A stretch of DNA of 64,000 nt from the human T2T-CHM13v2.0 reference genome, Homo sapiens. The translations under genes and the position numbers were made by a program. Of the stretch, positions 30,196 through 47,323 are shown piece by piece (the stretch's first letter is position 1; the number at the start of each line of letters is the position of its first letter). The stretch lies in the NCBI RefSeq assembly GCF_009914755.1, contig NC_060934.1; one strand, 5' to 3'. The notes beneath the pieces were generated by a model. That model ran no database searches. It was not told where the DNA came from and saw nothing but the letters and a program-made list of their open reading frames with translations.

Positions 30196-31043
30196 GTTAG
30201 GGGCACCGAGAGGTGAGGAAGCCTGGGGTGGTGGCTGGGGCTCAAGGAGGGGATGGCAGATCTGGCCTTCCGCCAGCACAAGCTGCCTTGGACACATGGA
30301 GCTTGAGTCGGACAGGAGCACATTCTCAACATCTGCAGTTGAATTTTCTGGATGGAAGGGTGCCATTGAATTGATTTCAACAATCTCAAGCCATGTCCAG
30401 CCCTCTAGTCTGTGCAGAGCAATATTCTAAGGCTGCTACATAAAACATGCTAAGCAAATTAACCCAGCGAAGGGCTGACTGTGAGCCCATTAAGAAGGTG
30501 ACATTCAGTGACTCCTCTGTTCTCAGGAGAAAAACCAAACCGACCTCAGTAGTTGCAGGATTGTTTTCTTTCCTTTTTTCAAGACTAAGAATGCTTCTTA
30601 AAATGCATCTGGTATAATTACAGAAAATAGCTCAGGGTTTTGTATTCTGAGAAAGCAAACAGCTCAAATATTGTATGTGAAAATTGAGGACATTATCGTA
30701 ATAATACCTTGCCAATCACTTGGGTGGAACGTTACTAGCCGTACAGTGTAATACTTAGAAATTCGGCTGAAATGATGTGAGTACTCCAATCTTCCAAACG
30801 CAAATGGCAAATGAAAAGCTTTTTTAAAAATCCCATTCTTATTTTTAATGCTTTGCTTATGCCATGGGGAAGAGGCTTGTTTAAAACCAGTGAGCTCTTT
30901 CCCCTGTTAAATACTCCAACGGCTTTGAGGCTGTAGCCACACCAGGCTCATGTTTGGGACTTCAAAAACATTATCTTCCATTTTGTGACTTGTGAAATTT
31001 AGTCTATTCTCATGGTGAGTAATCCACTTTAGAAATTATCTAG

Positions 31044-31439
<396 letters not shown>

Positions 31440-32448
31440 GAGCAAATAAATTTTCATATTGTGATCCTGATTTGTAATTTGTCTCATAATTTCCAAGCCC
31501 AGTAGATATGAATTTGGGGACTGGGCAGCTCTTCTGGACACTCCAAGATTCTGCTTCCCACCGCAGTTCAGATGGATTCAGAGAAGGGACAAATGTGCAT
31601 TCCATTTGCCTTTAATTGTCTTCAAGGAGTTAACTTGTGAGCCATTGCAAACAGTCTTTTGATGTAAACTGTGCCAATCACATCCTCCATGAGCAAGATG
31701 TATGACTCAAGTCTTCAGTGTTGTAAACAAATGTGTTTAAAGGCTTTTTAAAATTGGTTAATATGTTTCTGATTAAAGAGTAGTTAAAAATATGGAGCAT
31801 CAGAGCTTGCAGAGACTTTTCCTGAAAGCTTTTGGGCCAGTCCTAGCATTTTATAGGCAAAGGAGTTTGCAGTTCAGGAGGAGAAAGCATTTACCACAAC
31901 AGTGGCAGGACTGTAGCCACATGTTCCGACTGTCCCATTTCAAGCTTTGTTCTTCCCCGCTTCCTGTTCTTCCCACCTGCTTACAATTATACAGCTTGTA
32001 CCTTTAGCTACTAGAAATAAAGAATGCAGCTCAAAATCTGTCTTTCTTGCACTGACTTGGGCTCTTCCTGGTTGTACCAGGCAGAACTGCTGAAGACCCA
32101 GTGAGTTGCTGATTTTGCTACTTTTAATCAATGAGCAGAGAGTTTAGAAAAGATCAGCCTGATTCCTGTGGACATGGAACCTCCCTGGTCCCTGAAATAT
32201 TCAGTCTTTTTCCAGTCCCTGATGTGAACTGGTCCAGCCTCGTGCATCCCTAAAGATGTGTGGGGAAAGCTTCCTGTAGTCAGGCTGGGCAGAGCTATTC
32301 TTTTCCAAAGCTGCTTGTTTTAACTGAAGTGGGACCCACTCTGAATCGAGACATTCTACACCACACCACACCATAACTGGAATCCTCTATTCACAGTCGT
32401 GATGGTGCCATGTGTGTGGCTTTTGTGGGTAGGAGTCACAAAATGTAG

Positions 32449-32751
<303 letters not shown>

Positions 32752-35700
32752 CTGTCTGTTTTTTTTAAATATTCGATAAGTTCTCACACCAAACCCTGAA
32801 AATATAGAGTAACAATTCTTGGGTTCATTTAACTGCTAATAGGATGCACATTCTTCCTGTTTCATTTGTTATTCAGATCCTGTATTTCTGCTGAAAATAT
32901 ATGACCAGTTAGGTGGCAAAAACCTTTGATTTGGGTGTGTGTAGTGATGACCTGGCCAATAGCACACTTTCCAAGAAAGCCTGAGGTTGCTGGATTGACC
33001 TGATTTCCATGTTGGAACCTCTTGCCTCCTATTTTATAATTTTGGCTGAACTATTCATTTCATGATTGCAGTTGTGTGCAGGTGGTACCAGAAATTATAC
33101 TAGTGATACTTGGTCATCATTTGGTCTAAGAAGCAAATTTTAGATATATATGTCCATAAGAGGAAAGTTCCAGGCACATGAACAATGGGACAACACGTTT
33201 ACATTTCTCTCTTCCCTCAGTCAGGTAACGATATGGCATTGTGGTCTTGCTTAGCATAAGGTTGAAATAATAGTTGCATCTTCAGAACCAAAAGATATTC
33301 CACACCAAACGACTGGCTTGGGAAAGAGTTAACTTCATTGCTGGGGACCGTTTCCCTTGCTTCCTTCTTAGCTTGTCATTGTCTCAGTGATCTGCTTTTT
33401 ATCAAGCCAGCGTCAATGGCTTAATTTATTTCCATAGTTACTTAGTATATTTGAAAGCAGTTCTTTTTGCTTGCAAATCTTAGCTAACATCTGAACGACA
33501 AGGAGGAAGCCACAGGGCATGAAATCTCTACGAAATCTACCATGGTTTTATTTTATTTTTTTGCTAGCTTCAGCCAGTGGGTCTGAAGTGGGCTGTGTAG
33601 GAACAAGCAGTGACCTTTTCAGCTTCTCTATGGACAGGGAAACCGGCTGTTCTGAGAAGAGATCTCCCATCCTGCATGTGGTTAGGATGGTAGGGAGGGC
33701 TTGATGAGTCTTTGCTTCTGAAATCAGAGGAAACTGGCTGTGGAATTAGAACATTCCTAGGAGAAGCAAAAGCTCTGTTAAGCTATGTGTCAGAGAACAG
33801 GGCTCACGCCCAGGAAAGTGAGAAGTCCGTGCCCCCTGGAATTCTCTGGTAGCTGAAAAAGACAAGCAGAACCTAAGAATTTTGACAAGCGGAATCGAAG
33901 AATTTTATTTACTAAATGATTGACAAACCTCCTACTATATCCAGGCAAATTGAAAATATCATTCCATTTACTGACATTCATTTACTGCACACCTTTTAGG
34001 AGTGTGTAGGGATCACTGGAAGGGAGCTGTTGTCTCTCGTTGCATCTGGTGATAGTTTGCACCCTTCGGGGCTCTGTAGTCTGTATGCTTCTTGTAATTT
34101 ACCACGGTAGAGGAAACTGTGGTTTTAGCAATCATGAGAAGAGAGCTTCCATTAGTCTCTATGGCAAGGATAAGCTAATTATTAACACTAGAGAAGTATT
34201 GTCTTCATTGACCATTTAGGGACAGATGGGGTTTCTCCAATGACTAAGTATATATAATTAACATAACTTTTATTGTTTTACATGTTTTTCTAGGGATTCA
34301 TTATGTGATTTTTAGTCTTACTCAAATGGATTAACTGCTTCGTGATGCTCTGTAGAGGATGACTGTGGGCCAGTATGACATTTGGCTAAAGGTTTGCTGA
34401 ATCAGATCTGGCTCTGCTTAGCAATACTTTAATTGAGAAGGCCCTGAATTGAGACAAGGGGGGCAACTCAGACACAGATTGTGACTAATGTCAGTTGAGT
34501 TTCTGTCTGTTTAGGAGATACTGTGGGGAAGCAGAAAGGGTTTGGTCCTTCTGCCCACCACTCAATGACTAGGGACGCTGGACGACTCTCCTTCTATGGT
34601 GGGTGCCCGAGGGGCCAGAAGAGTTTGAGAACGGAGACCCAGGAGCTTCCCAGGGAGTCTTCTTTGCCTTGAAGCCGAGCTCTGGGGAAAAATGATGCCC
34701 AGCGCTTACCACTGAGCAGCCCATGCAGTGGCTTGGCCTGTGTTGAAAGTGCAGGCACAGGTGTGTCCGGTACTGAGGAGGCGGCAACATGAGCCTGGTT
34801 GTATCTGAAGCCATTGGCTTGCTCTGCAGCCATGGGTGAGCCACTCTGTCTCTGAACCTCAGCTTTCTCATCTAAGGTGAGGGTTTGGACTGGCTAGCCC
34901 TTGAGTTTCCTTCTAGCTGTGATATTCGTTTATTCCATACATGCATTGTTAAAATCCCAAAGAAAATTAAAAAGAAAAACAGTAGCTGCAGTGTTTCTAA
35001 AGAAAACACAGTACCTCAAATGGTAAAAAGAACCCTCTGTAGGCACAAACGCTGTGGTTTTCAGTGAAACTGTGCACTCTCCATCCCATGTGCTCCAGCG
35101 TCCCCACCCAGGTGCACATCAGCAGGGCCTAGCACATGTTAACACACTCAGGGTATGCCTGTAGCCTTGAATTTGGGGCAAGTAATTCACCTCCCCGAGC
35201 CTCAGTGTTGATCCTCTGAAAAATGGATAAAACCAGCTACCCTCCCTTGGAATCTCAGGCCACCCAGCATGCTGGTTCCCTGCCTACAGTCGTGGGAATG
35301 TCTGAGTCTTCAGGTAGGGAGGGACCTCAGTGGCTTCCAGCCCACCACAGCTGTGCCCTGATGGGTTACCTGGAATACTGGCTGGACTGAACAGTGGGCA
35401 CAGTATGGCTGGTGGTTTGGGGGCCACAGACAAGGGTTGCCACATTTTATTGAGTTTTGTCCTGAAACCACCCAGTGTTTCTGCCTACAGTCTGGGAAAG
35501 GGCCACAGATGTCTTATTTGCCTTCAGGGATGTCCCTGCAGCCTGAAGGGTTCCATATTAGAGCCTTATAAATAGCCAAAATGAAGAACTGGTGAAACAA
35601 GAGTGAAGCCCCTAATTCCAATAGCTTTGATACGTATTGGTACTTCAACAACTAGATTTTCCAAATATATATTGAACAGAGGGAGAAGCCTGTGTTTATT

Positions 35701-36424
35701 CCAGGACAGCCCGGAAGATTGTCATATGCCCGTTCTTTCATGGGACAAACTGTAGTTGCTGAAAATAAATTGCCTGTGAGTTCTCCTCTCTGAGCCTCCT
35801 GGACGTTTCCTGATTCAGTATCCTGCAGTGCCGTGTGAGCCCCCGGTGTTGGGTTTCTTTTGTCCACATGAATAAGGGGTACAGAGAATCAGCTCTGGGT
35901 GGGCTGAGACAGAAGAAGCTGTCACCCGATGGCCATCTGAACTGCAGGTCAGAATCCTGGCATCTTCTCTGGTTTACCCAATTTGCTTGGGGCCCCACTT
36001 TGTGAATTACAAGCTCATCTCTGTTCACAGCAGGGGAATCTTTGCATGGTTTGTGGGAGGGGACTGACTGTCTGGGAATCTGTCATGCTTGTGAGTTACT
36101 CTCTGTATTTTTGGTATTTGGTTTCTGGATACAGGTGAAGCAGTTAAAAAATATTTGAATATGGTCAAGAGAACTTTTGGAAAGATTCTATTTAAAGCTA
36201 TATATGCCGTTTGGGTACTGGCGGAGGTGGTAAAATTTACAAGGAAAAGCCATGTGGGAATGGCCCAGGCGAAATTAGTCTGATGACATCTGATAAGTAA
36301 TGACAGATATCATGCCTCAGTTTCCTCATCTGTAACATAGGGAGGTGAAATAGGGCCCTTATTAAATCATGACTAAATCTGGTGGGTGTAAATGCTTGGA
36401 GAACTGAGTGTAAACTTTAAATGA

Positions 36425-36785
<361 letters not shown>

Positions 36786-37884
36786 TAAAGCCTGGAATGG
36801 AAGAACCCTTCCAGGCTGTTGCCAGAGCTCAGGATGCTTGGCCCTTCTGCCTTCCTGGATTCATTTCATTCCTCTCCAGGTTCCTGAGGGTCCAGAGCTA
36901 GAGACAGAAGAGACTTAGAGATGTTTCAGGCTCTTCTGGGTTGGAGCAAACCTTCAATTGGGCAAGAGCTCAGCCACTGTTGGCTTCCTCTCAAGGCAGA
37001 GGGGCTGGGAAGCTGCCTGTACCCTCATGCCCCACCCACAGAGCAGGGACCCAGCTGTCTACTTAATCCAGCAGAAACAGAGGACAAAGAAGAAAGAGAA
37101 TGAGGGAGGAGATGACATTTCTTAGGCACCTTCTATGCTCTAGGCACTGGTGTTAACAGTTTAACATCCATATCTCTTTCTGTACTCCAGTCCTGGGAGG
37201 TGGGCGGTGGTCTCTCCGAGGGACTGAGAGGAGACCTCCCTAGATTAAGTGGCAGGGTCATGTGTCCAGCCAGACATGGCATAGGGGAATGCCAGGGTCT
37301 TTCCACCAGCCCTGTTGACCTGGCGCCAGAGTCCTAGGTGAGCAGTGGTCTCACGGAGCAATTTGGATTTTGAAATTTTGCACAGAAAATGAGACTTTGT
37401 CTTTCTGGGTTGGCCTCATGGGGTCAACAGGAAGGCAGATCTTAACATCTTGCTTCCTAATGCCTCTTAGACATACTGCAGTCTGCCAGTGGAATCACTT
37501 GATGGCCTTTTACCCGAATCATTTGATTGCAGTGGCTCCTTTGGGAGAGCTTTAGCAAAGACTATAATTAAAGGAATCATTTTTTAAAAATGACAGAAAT
37601 AGGGGCCGTGTATTTTGGATGTGTTCTGGGTTACTTGCCAATATTGTGTTAACATTTATTCCAAACAAATTTCTGTTCACAGTGGCAGTCCATAAATGTA
37701 TTCACGTTCCAAGACAGTCAAACACAAAAAGGTCACATAGGAAGCACTGAGTATATGAATTTTCAGAAAAGTCCACCAAACACTTATCTGTCTGATCCCA
37801 AAGGGTAGCCAGGCGAAAATCAATATAAAGCCTTAAAAAAATAGCCTGCAGTCACCAGATTTGTCTGATGTTTGTGTTTTGCAG

Positions 37885-37943
37885 AATTGGCTATCCAATT
37901 CCCATATTTGCGGGATTCTGCATCATGTTTGTCTCAACAATTA
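37885..37943 (+). CDS. SLC18A2: VMAT2 exon 4
   Basis: ttgcag|AATTGG...ATTA|gtaagt; IGYPIPIFAGFCIMFVSTI; 59 nt. Confidence 0.97.
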
Positions 37944-38030
37944 GTAAGTGTGTGGTGTTTTCCTTCTGAGTGTGGGTCTCATCAGGGTGGGCATTGATGC
38001 CCATGAGCCGGGAATTAACAATACAACCTA

Positions 38031-38637
<607 letters not shown>

Positions 38638-38667
38638 TGAGTTCGTGAGGGGCCCCTTGCAGAGTGA

Positions 38668-38988
<321 letters not shown>

Positions 38989-39707
38989 TAAGGCCCCTGT
39001 GTAGGCAAACTGGCAAGAGGGGCCTGCCTGGTGCTGGACAGCGGCAGTCCTCGCCCAGTGACCCTGGCGCAGTTTGCACTGACACAGAGGTCCCCTTTTT
39101 ATTTTTTTCCTTTCCTGCTTTCATGGAGACTTTGAAAAATGGTAGGAAGAGCCCTGAGCTGGGGGTGGAGGGGATCAGGACTTCCCCTGCCTCTGCCCCA
39201 AACCTCCCTGGGCCCAGATGGAAAACCAAAGGTTGAACAGGATGGTCTGCCAGACCCTTTCCTCGGGAACATTCAGTGAGTTGTGATCACGGAGAACCTT
39301 GCTTTCTGGGTCTGCCTCCCCCAGCTGCCCTGGCTGACTTCCCAGACCAGGGGACAAACATCTTCCCTGAGAGGGATTCAGAGCCTTTTCCTTCCTCTTC
39401 CGATTTCCCGCCTGCTTCCAGGAGCCTGCAGCCTTGCCTGCGCTGGTGTACAAGGAGCGAAGTCTCTGTTTACACATTTTCCTGTGCAGTGGAAGCAGCC
39501 CAGCCCTGGGCCTGGATCTTGTTTCTCTCGGGCCTTTGCTTTCAGGGTGACCTTTATAGACTCCTGCCCATTTCTTAGGAAAAGGCACTTGGAGGAAGTT
39601 GCCAAGACAACTGAACTCTAACCGAACAGAACAATAGGGCAGCCACCCCAAAGCCTTATTGGAACAAAGTAGAGAGAGAAACACAAGAGTCAAATAGATG
39701 GTTCTAG

Positions 39708-39857
<150 letters not shown>

Positions 39858-39964
39858 TGAGTCCACGTGGGCGCCATGCCATGACCTTGGCATCGTGCTG
39901 GCACGTGCTTGGGCCACACCTGATTTCTGAAGAGGGGCTTGTCTTTTTTATTTTTATTTTTTAG

Positions 39965-40008
39965 CTATTCAGCTCTTTGTGCTCCAGCCGTCCCGGGTGC
40001 AGCCAGAG
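39965..40008 (+). CDS. SLC18A2: VMAT2 exon 8
   Basis: ttttag|CTATTC...GAG|gtaagc; IQLFVLQPSRVQPE; 44 nt. Confidence 0.97.
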
Positions 40009-40082
40009 GTAAGCGGCTGGGAATGAGGGCCCTGGGGGAGGGGGCATGGTGCTGCTTCTGACCCGTGTTTTTTTCTTGACAG

Positions 40083-40143
40083 AGTCAGAAGGGGACACCC
40101 CTAACCACGCTGCTGAAGGACCCGTACATCCTCATTGCTGCAG
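40083..40143 (+). CDS. SLC18A2: VMAT2 exon 9
   Basis: tgacag|AGTCAG...GCAG|gtgggg; SQKGTPLTTLLKDPYILIAA; 61 nt. Confidence 0.97.
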
Positions 40144-42200
40144 GTGGGGCTCTGTGGGTCTTCTGAGTCAGGGGAATGCGAGGTGATGGCCGCGTGCTGG
40201 AGGCAGGGGTGGATGGCCAGGGCTGATTTTCGTTTTGCTGCTAGAAATGTTGGGCTATATAAAAAAACAGAAAAGGCAAAGAGGCTACAAGTCAAAGGAA
40301 ATGGTTTTCTTCCGCCATTGCTTTCTGACACTCAGCCAAGGCCCTTTTTGTCTCATTTGGGGAAAATCAAAATGGCGTATGCTGGGCTCTGCAGAGCTGC
40401 CTGGGTCCTGGGGATGCCCGGCTGGGTTTGTTTGGAGCTAAGCTTGCCCACTGTGTTTGTATGGAAGGCCATCATTGTTTGGCCTTGAACTTTCCGGAAG
40501 GAGTCCTTGGCCTCAAGGCAAGGGTCCCCGGTGGGCAGTCTGACTCACCTTGGCATATATGAATAGAAACTGACAGCAGAGCCCCACAGGGACCAGAGGG
40601 GCTCCCTTCTTGCAGAGAGCATCCCTGCCGAGCAGCAGGGAGGCCGTTCAAACACCCTTTGGCTAAAGGACATGCTTTGGCCTAGAGGGGCTAAAAGAAA
40701 GCACTGGGGTTTTGTGACTCTTGGGAAGGATAATGGTCTGCATCTATCCAAGGGACTGTTCCCCAAGACTGTCCCAGTGGTAGGAGGCTGCCTGCTTTGC
40801 CAGGCCCCGGGCTGCCTAACCAGGGACCAGCCTTGTGTAGGTGTTGCTGGGCCTCAGTACCAAGGTAAGCAGACCCTTGGGGTCAGGCCAGGAGAAGGTC
40901 TGGCTGCGCGCTGATGTGTTGGTCTCTGGGGCAGCCTGCACTGTAGCACTAGACCCAGTTAGGGTTAGACTTGTCTAAGCACGGCTCCCTAACACAGGTA
41001 GGCTGGAGGGCGCCTGGGAGAACTGGGCACCAGTAGTTAAGTTCAGCCTTTGTCAACCCTCAGGCTGGTTTTGTTTAACCCTTCTGCTGCTGGATTTGAT
41101 TAGGGCAGCAGGTATGTAACCCTGGCCAAGACCCTGTCTATCATGCTTGCTGGCCAAAGGGATATGGAGGTGGCATGGTGACTTATTCATGCAGTGACGT
41201 CTGCAAGATGCAGGGGGCATCCCAGAGCTCAGATGCTTCTGGAACCCTGGCATCTGAGGTGGGGACGAGGAGGTATGGTGAGGGACGGGGGCTCCAGAAA
41301 TGTGATTTCCTGAACCTCGGGCACGTCTGAGCAGGGCTGTGCAGCCTGGGCCTGTCCTGTCTTGGGCTTCCCTGGAACCTCACTGCCTAGTACCTGCTCA
41401 CAGGAGACACAAAGATGCTACCCAGCACTCCTGGACTGTCATCGACACTTCCAGACAGCCCGACTGGGGAAGGGAGTTGAGAGCCAAGTGGCTGTCCACT
41501 TGAGGGGAGTCCTGCCATTGATATGCTCTGCCTTTAAGTGTCATGTCGAATGAACAGACCTTTCTTCACCATATGTGCACCTTCATCACGATTGCACAAT
41601 ATTCTTTGAATTTGTTGTAGCAAATTAGAGGTTCCAAGAGGCACAACACGGGAAGTTCCCAGAATGATGGAGAACAGTTCCGTGGGTCTTTTTCCAGATA
41701 GTTCTATATTTACAAAGGGTTCTGGTTAAGAGATCATGAATATTTGCATAGGTGCCCTTATGTACCGCTGAACCCCGCCCCCTCCACCTAACGGCATGCC
41801 TGTACTGAATGCACCTGATCCTGCTTGGATTTTCTGGCATTTCTAGGTATCATTAGAAATGCCCACGTATATTGCACAGTAAAACACAGATGCGAGAGCC
41901 TCAGGCTGCCCCGAGACTGTGTGTGGTCTGGAAGTGGCCTGATTGCTGGGTGGCCCCAAGCAAGCTACTGCATTAATAAACTGGGCTTCCTTTCTTCATT
42001 GATAAAACCATAATTGGGTAGGTTAAACCAAAGGAACTCTAGGGCTGCCTCCAGTCCAAACTTTGTCTCTGGGATTCTAGTTGTTTAAAATGAGGACGAC
42101 GACGACCATGATGATGATGATTATGATAAACAGCCTTTGCTGTCCCCTTGATATGCGATTTATCCTTTACTTAATGAAAGTAGAAGTTGCGGTTATCTGA

Positions 42201-42401
<201 letters not shown>

Positions 42402-43117
42402 TGATTCAAGAGCATTTGTCCCCAGGGCAGCCTTTGTCCCCAGGGCATCCCTGCTGAGTTGCCCTTATGGGGATGATAAAGTGATTGCTTCTGTTTGACT
42501 CTTAATGGGGTCATTGCTTAGGGCAGCCTTGGGGTCTGTTTGTTCTCTGGTTTATCCATCATCCCTGAGGGGTGCAGAACTCACACAGACACATCAGATC
42601 TGGGCAGAAATGAGAGTAAAAATACAGTCAGCATCTTCCCCTGTTTCTGAACTGGACTAACTGGACAGCCATAAAATTTATGTGAAAGAGACTAATAACA
42701 AACTAATTGTTAAAAGGATTAATTCTTAAAAAGTATTTTTAATTTTGAAAAGTAATACATGCTTATTATAACAAAATCAAAGTGTGCTGATTGAGGACGT
42801 AAAACATTTTTAAATTTCATGCTCATCTTTCTCCCTCCCCCAGCCCATCTCCTGTGATATTCATTGTTAACAGTTCTATGTCTTTTTCTAGATGGTTCTG
42901 TGTTTACCACCCTATTGCATGAAATGCCTAAAAATCCAGTCAAGTGAATTTTGCCATTTACATCACTGTGTGACCTCTTGTTTTTCCTTCATGCAATTTT
43001 GTGGCCATGTTTCCGTGTCAGAACAAGTAGATTTACTTTTTAAAACTAATTAAATTTTATTTTTTTATCAAAGTTACACATGTACATAATTGTAAGTCAA
43101 AGATAAAAGAATTATAA

Positions 43118-43477
<360 letters not shown>

Positions 43478-45210
43478 TAGATGGGGATTATTTAATGCCG
43501 TTGCAGCGCCACATAGAAGTATCAAACAACCAGCTCACACATTTTCCCATCTTCTGTCCTCCCTGAATAATTGCATTACAGCTTCTTGTTAGACTGGCAT
43601 TCAGCACTGACATTATTGTGACTGGGTAATTATTGTTCACAGCTGACTGAACTATGTAGGGTACTGTGATTAATTTCCTTTCTTTTTGCAAATTTAATTT
43701 TCCTGGAGTTAGTCGTTGCCTTGTCCTTTCATTTTCTTAATGTTTTATGTAGTGTTTATGAATATATCCACCAAAGTTTCTGGCAAAGATGAAAAATTCT
43801 CCAATTGCAGTCAAGTGTTGGCAAACCTGATCTTTCTGTGTATTTGCTCGTTTGTGGATGTCTGTCCTAGGTCTTCAGTCTAGACTTCCTTCCCCATCAC
43901 CCCAGCATCTTCTGTGCCTCTCTTCTGTTTCCTGTATTCCTTGCCCTTGACTGACTTCCTCCTTATTGCAGAGCATAGCCTCCCACAGCATAGCCTCCCA
44001 CAGCTTCCTGAGAGTGTGCGTGGCAGGTAAAGGTCTCTGAGACCCTGCATAGTTGCAAATATTTTACCCTTATCCTACACTTTGTTGACTTTGTCTGTAT
44101 GTATAATTCTTGGTTGGAAATCATTTCCCTTGGGAGTTTTCGGGCCACCGTTCTGTTGTCTTCTAGCATCCAGGGTTGCTGTGGGGGAGGCCAGTGTTGC
44201 CCTCATTCCTGAGCCTCTGTAGGAGCCCGAGGGACCTTTACTTCTTCTCTAGGTTATAAAAGTCCATGTTGATGATTTGCAGTGGGCTCTGTTTTCCTCC
44301 TCTGGGCTGAACACTTGCTTAATCAGCCCTTTCACTTGGGGAACCCCATGTTACAATTCTGGGGAGACTCTTTGTATTATTACTTGAATGAATCCCCCTA
44401 TTTTCTCTCCTGTTTTACTGCAGTTGGCTGAGCGTTAGACTCCCTACTTTTATTCTTCTAATTTCTTGTCTTTCCCCTTTTCCATTGAGTTATTCCTGTT
44501 CATCTTTTAAACTGCTTATTGAGTTTTTAAAATTGATGCTATCATATCTTAAATCTGAAGAGCCTTTTGTGTATACCCTGAGTGTTTGGGGTTTTGGTGA
44601 GGTTGTTGTTATTGCAAAAACACCCTCCCGCCATGTTCCTGTTTCAGCCTCTTGTGTTGCCGCGGTTGCCATTCTGGTTAATTTCTGTGGAGAAACTGTC
44701 TCCTGCCAGGGTGAAGGCTGGAGTGCTAGGGGCCCCACTGCTCTTAACACAGCCTCTCTGCCTGCTTTCATGTTGACAGCCTCTGCTTTCAGCCCCACCT
44801 TCACAGTACCCGAAGCTTCAGTTCCTTTCTGGCTGTGAGGCACAATGGCTCTTGCCTCTTGCTGGCCTCACCATTTGCAGGTGGAAGATTCCAGCATTCT
44901 CTGCGGTGTCCTCTGCTCACTTCTTCCTCGTATTGTCCCTTCTCCTCTCCCACTCTGTTTGTCCTCAGGAAGGTATGGGGGCGGAAGGGGGCATAGGCTG
45001 TGTGTCTAGAATTTTCTTCTATTCCTTTGCTAGCATTTAAATGGACTTTGAGGTGGGAGTGGAGAAAAACTATAGATTCAGTCTGCCCTGTTTAACTGGA
45101 AACCTTTTATTCTTTTTAATGGTTGCATATTGTTTTATTGTTAAAATAAAACAACATATAACTGTTGAAATCCTCAGTCAGTCCCTATTATTGGGCATTT
45201 GGGCTCATTT

Positions 45211-45526
45211 TGTTGCCAGAAAAGGGATCTCAATCCAGACCCCAAGATAAAGATTTTGGAAATCACTCAGGAAGGAATTCATGGCATGTCACAGAACACA
45301 GTAGAAGAGGCAAGTTTATTAGAAACAACTCTGTTAGAGCAGGGCGTCCTCAGAAAGCACATCTGGACTTTCTGCTGTTGTAGGAGAGTGTCCTTGTACG
45401 TATCTTTAGGCTGTTTCCTTAACTCTAAACATCTCATGACTATGGGTCGTGACTGGCAAGGAATGTGCTTTGCTAGTTTTAAGGTGGAGCTGAGCTTAAA
45501 ATGGTGTAACTTCTGCTTCCTTAACA
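45211..45526 (-). mobile_element. ERV1 LTR remnant (LTR15-like, internally deleted)
   Basis: TGTTGCCAGAAAAGGG..ATCCAGACCCCAAG..gactggcaaggaatgtg..CCTTAACA. Confidence 0.6.
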
Positions 45527-45559
45527 GTTCCAGTTTTTGCCATTAGAAACCATATGGCA

Positions 45560-45677
45560 GGCTGGGCCGGTGGCTTATGCCTGTAATCCCAGCACTTTGG
45601 GAGGCCGAGGCAGGTGGATTTCTTGAGACCAGGAGTTTGAGACCAGGAGTTCAAGACCAGCGAGATCCTGTCTCTAC

Positions 45678-45708
<31 letters not shown>

Positions 45709-45901
45709 ACCCAAAAACAGCAACAAAAAAATTAGCCAGGAGTAGTAGCGCACACCTGAAGTCCCAGCTACTCGGGAGATTGAGGTGGGAGTATTACCTG
45801 AGCCCAGGAGACAGAGTTTTGCTCTTGTTGCCCAGGCTGGAGTGCAATGGCGCGATCTTGGCTGACCGCAATCTCTGCCTCCTGGGTTCAAGCAATTCTC
45901 C
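45560..45901. mobile_element. Fused sense AluJ (45560-45810) and antisense AluS fragment (45808-45901)
   Basis: Orientation switches at ..agcccag-gag-acagagttttgctcttgttgccc. Confidence 0.8.
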
Positions 45902-46239
45902 CTTTTTCTTTAAGAATTTATTGACAGTCCTTCCTAGAGATTTATATTCTTTTTATAGTTCTTTCAAGGTACGTGTGGATAGCTTCAGATGGAGACTCTC
46001 AGCTCTGAATCAAGCAGACATTTTCAATGTCCCCAACCCTTCTTCAGGTGACCTTATTCTCTCACAGGCATCCAGCCCTGGGGAATGGGGGTGTCTTGCC
46101 AGAAGCTGCCCCCTGGCTTAGACTTTCCCTGTTCTGCCTGCCTCCCTGCAGTTGGGCTGGCCTGAGTACCAGTGTCTTTGGAATCTGCAGAGTTGCTATG
46201 CTCTCTCATCGAACAATACCTAAAAAGTCCCAAATGGCC

Positions 46240-46730
<491 letters not shown>

Positions 46731-47148
46731 ACCCAAACCAAGCCTGACATCAGAAGAGGTATTCAGTGAAGGAGGAAGGATTCTTGGAATTAAACAAGAA
46801 TGTTTCTTAGGCAGAAAATTTAGCTCTGAACTCCCTAGCAGCCAAGATGAAAGTGGAAGCCCAAAGACCTTCAGAGCTCCTAAAGAGGCGTGCCGCTTGG
46901 CAGGAGGGGTGGACTTGGATCTGACACCGAGTCAGCAAACAGCAGATGAGAAGACACCCTCCAGCCTTGTTGCTCATACCCGCTGCTGACACTGGAGAGG
47001 CTGTTTCCCAGCTTTTCTTCCCTCTGGCCCTTGAGGTGATGTGGATCTCTCGGTGTTTTCAGGAGGCGCCCGCTGTCCAAGTGGGGTGTGCACTGCTGAG
47101 TCCAGCTGCTGTGTTGACTTTGCATGCAACTCTTGAGCTGAGAAGCTC

Positions 47149-47323
<175 letters not shown>

